Source: Hemiscyllium ocellatum (lineage: Eukaryota). Taken from it: a DNA stretch of 64,000 nt. Of the stretch, positions 63,200-64,000 are shown piece after piece; position 1 is the stretch's first letter, and each line of letters starts with the position of its first letter. The notes under the pieces are model-generated. The model made no database searches. It was not told where the DNA came from and saw nothing but the letters and a program-made list of their open reading frames with translations. The stretch covers positions 143,217,740 to 143,281,739 of the forward strand of contig NC_083401.1 of assembly GCF_020745735.1 (NCBI RefSeq). The letters run 5' to 3'. The translations under genes were made by a program, and so were the position numbers.

Positions 63200-63418
63200 A
63201 GAAAGTGAGGTCTGCAGATGCTGGAGATCAGAGCTGAAAATGTGTTGCTGGAAAAGCGCAGCAGGTCAGGCAGCATCCAAGGAACAGGAAATTCGATGTT
63301 TCGGGCATAAGCCCTTCATCAGGAATTCCTGATGAAGGGCTTATGCCCGAAACATCGAATTTCCTGTTCCTTGGATACTGCCTGACCTGCTGCGCTTTTC
63401 CAGCAACACATTTTCAGC
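63200..63418. mobile_element. Palindromic (inverted dimer) Penelope terminal-repeat insertion
   Basis: 93-bp inverted arms 63233-63325 and 63326-63418. 16-bp TSD GCTGAACTAATTGAGG at 63184-63199 and 63419-63434. Confidence 0.92.
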
Positions 63419-64000
63419 GCTGAACTAATTGAGGCATGTGGAGAGTTTTCCATCCTACCTCTGACTTGTGTTCCTGTAGGTGGTGGATGGTTTTGAGAAG
63501 ACAGGAGGTGAGTTACTTATTGCAGGATTCCCAGCCTCTGATCTTCTCTTTTAGCCATAATATGTATACAGCTAGTTCAGTTCAGTTCAGTTCCTCATCA
63601 ATAATAATGCAAAGGAATTTGAGAGTGGTGTATTCAGTGATGATAATGCCATTGAATTTCAAGGCTTGATGGATAGATTCTCACTTGTTGGAGGTACTCG
63701 TGCCTGACATTAATGTGGTCAAATGTTACTTGCTACTTGTCAGCCCAAGTCAGGATAGAATTTGCTCATGGATTATGAAGTGGGGCAGATGTGTAACACT
63801 ACCAATTGAGAATGTAAAGTTAGAAGATAATGTTAGTGTGTTCACTTTAAGAAAGCATTGTGTGATTGCTTGAGTAAACAATAAAGGTCACATTTTCAAG
63901 GCTGTAGTTACAAAGTGTTTGCAGAAGCAATCTCATTGGAATGTTGCAACACTACTGCTAGGAATTGTAACACTCAGCAGTTAGAAGAACATGTTCTAGT

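Noticed and set aside
1-64000. CRISPR arrays, prokaryotic operons, or exons of neighbouring genes (ALPK1/ZGRF1)
   Set aside because: The sequence is vertebrate. I saw no spacer-repeat arrays and recognised no exons of other genes, though short exons could be missed by eye.

Overview
Eukaryotic vertebrate genomic DNA, most likely an elasmobranch shark. This is inferred from HE1-type V-SINEs, a DeuSINE/SacSINE1-like copy and abundant CR1/HER1-type LINEs. The only intact protein-coding gene I can support is a neurogenin bHLH gene, best matching NEUROG2 (CDS 24075-24758, + strand). It has a TATA promoter, a non-coding first exon, a 121-nt intron ending 1 nt before the ATG, and a ~0.85-kb 3'UTR. 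The gene sits among transposon-poor, CpG-retaining blocks (about 4.5-10.7, 19.3-28.9, 34.3-36.3 and 57.3-59.5 kb) that look like a developmental enhancer landscape. The rest is nested, decayed transposons: CR1 LINEs (one near full-length), L2 fragments, SINEs, a Harbinger Myb-like remnant, a Gypsy integrase remnant and Penelope-like elements (PLE). Best hunt results: (1) minimal hammerhead ribozyme motifs in two PLE terminal-repeat families; (2) a near-perfect 186-bp palindromic PLE dimer with a 16-bp target-site duplication; (3) an E-box+TC-box (PTF1/RBPJ-type) site in the neurog2 3'UTR; (4) a 45-bp locally templated insertion. Repeat family names come from recognition, not database searches, and repeat boundaries are approximate. 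I cannot confirm that any of this is a previously undescribed system.
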